This document shows, piece after piece, positions 62,844-64,000 of a stretch of 64,000 nt of DNA. Positions within the stretch are counted from its first letter, which is position 1; each line of letters starts with the position of its first letter. The notes under the pieces were generated by a model. The model did no database searches. It saw only the letters and a program-made list of their open reading frames with translations, and was not told the DNA's origin. The stretch lies in contig NC_087436.1 of the NCBI RefSeq assembly GCF_036321535.1, positions 37,388,001 to 37,452,000 on the forward strand, in the 5' to 3' direction. The translations under genes were made by a program, and so were the position numbers. This stretch comes from Camelus dromedarius (Eukaryota).

Positions 62844-63479
62844 GGCTGATAAATTGGATACAGAATATGAGTCTATAGCTTAGGAAGAGGCCAGGGTTAG
62901 AGATGTACATTTGGTACTTGTCTGTATATTATTACTTTGAAAGCCATGGCTCTGAAATCAATCAGCAGGAACTAGTGTAGATAAAGGAGAGAAAGGAGCT
63001 GATGCCTATCCCTGGAGTACTCCACATGGAGAGGTCAAGAAAAAAAGAAGCAATCATGAAAGTGTGGTAGAAAAAGCCGTAAGTTATATGGATGTAGAAG
63101 AGGAGACCAGGAAGAGTGGTGTCACTGAAACTACAGGAAGTGTGTCAAGGAGAGAGCAATCAACTTTGAAAAATGCTGCCAAAAGGTTCAGTAAGATGAG
63201 GACCAAGACTCTACCACTGGATTTACTGAGGTAGAGATTGTTTACGATCTTGTCAAAGATGATGTCAGTGGTGAGACAGAAAAACATTTTAAGAAACTTC
63301 CCAAGGTCACCCTGCTGAAGGCATTGCAGGGCTCAAAGAGACAGAAAAGTTTAAGCATTGTTAAATCTTATACGTTCCACTATGCTTTGTTATACAGCTG
63401 GACAAGGGGTGTTGTCAAGTAGAATTAGGATAAATGCTACTTATCCAGTTTACTGATGTAAAGTAATCACCATCATCAT

Positions 63480-63660
63480 GATCATAGCTATCATTCATTG
63501 AATGTTTACTACATGCTAGGCCCTGTGTTGCATAATATAAAAATACACATGTAATCTTATCCTTCTATCAGCATTGAGAAATAGGCTTTATTCTCATTTT
63601 ACAGATGAAAAAATGAAATCAGCTTTGGGGCTTAATATTTTATCATAGTTAGAACCTCTA
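63480..63660 (-). mobile_element. MIR SINE fragment
   Basis: atagctatcattcattgaatgtttactacatgctagg...ttattctcattttacagatgaaaaaatga. Confidence 0.7.
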
Positions 63661-64000
63661 ACATCAAATGATTCCACACCTAAGGCATGAAGCATTTTAC
63701 ATTACTTCCGGTTAGGGAATTGTACTGTCTTTTGTTGGAGAGATAGAAATACATTCTTTACTTTTCTTCCATTTCTACTTGGGATTTCTAGAACTCTAGA
63801 GCACATAAATTGAAGGCCAAGGTACATCTGAAAATTTTACTGCTCCATTTGGCATGTGACCTAGCTGACAAGATGTCAAAACCCACGTGGAGAAAATAAT
63901 GCTATGGAGTAATTATGTACCAGACATTGTGCTAGATATTTTACATGCATGAATTAATACAACCAATGCTCAATGAGGCTAAGTGTTGAAGTGACTTAGC

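Larger units (their letters stand above)
60667..63270 (-). mobile_element. LINE-2 (L2a-like) 3' region, interrupted by an L1 and an MLT1 LTR
   Basis: (cattcatt)n L2 3' tail. gtgactgaagcagagt, ttttaaaagaccactttgactgctgtg, gaggcagggagaccagttaag, aaaatgctgccaaaaggttcagtaagatgaggac. Confidence 0.85.

Noticed and set aside
1..64000. CRISPR array, operon or other prokaryotic/viral system
   Set aside because: There are no regularly spaced direct repeats, no dense coding and no gag/pol/env ORFs; the content is eutherian repeat-rich DNA.

Overview
This is mammalian (eutherian) genomic DNA: AT-rich, CpG-poor and dominated by transposon fossils. A tRNA-derived SINE with a clean target-site duplication (TSD) resembles the camelid vic-1 family. 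Together with artiodactyl-type L1 ends and Tigger1a/Tigger2a-type MITEs, it points to a camelid (camel, alpaca or llama) genome. Most of 1-41,200 and 47,000-52,000 is a stack of nested LINE-1 copies of several ages, mixed with MaLR (MLT1), ERV LTR, MER5, MIR and L2 remnants. The stretches least explained by repeats are about 4.2-7.6, 12.5-13.6, 41.5-45 and 52.7-59 kb. I recognise no intact protein-coding gene, RNA gene or prokaryotic-type system. The long ORFs in the track are decayed L1 ORF1/ORF2 pieces or microsatellite artefacts. I found no support for a new biological system. The most interesting signals are retrotransposition mechanics readable from the sequence. These are a young L1 combining a 5' inversion, an apparent 3' transduction and a target-site deletion; a multi-layer nested insertion splitting a MIR; an unusually long (~43-46 bp) target-site duplication; and a perfect 146-bp tandem duplication across an L1 ORF1 start. 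There is also one candidate exon in unique sequence. Subfamily names are from memory of consensus motifs, and boundaries are approximate unless a TSD is quoted.
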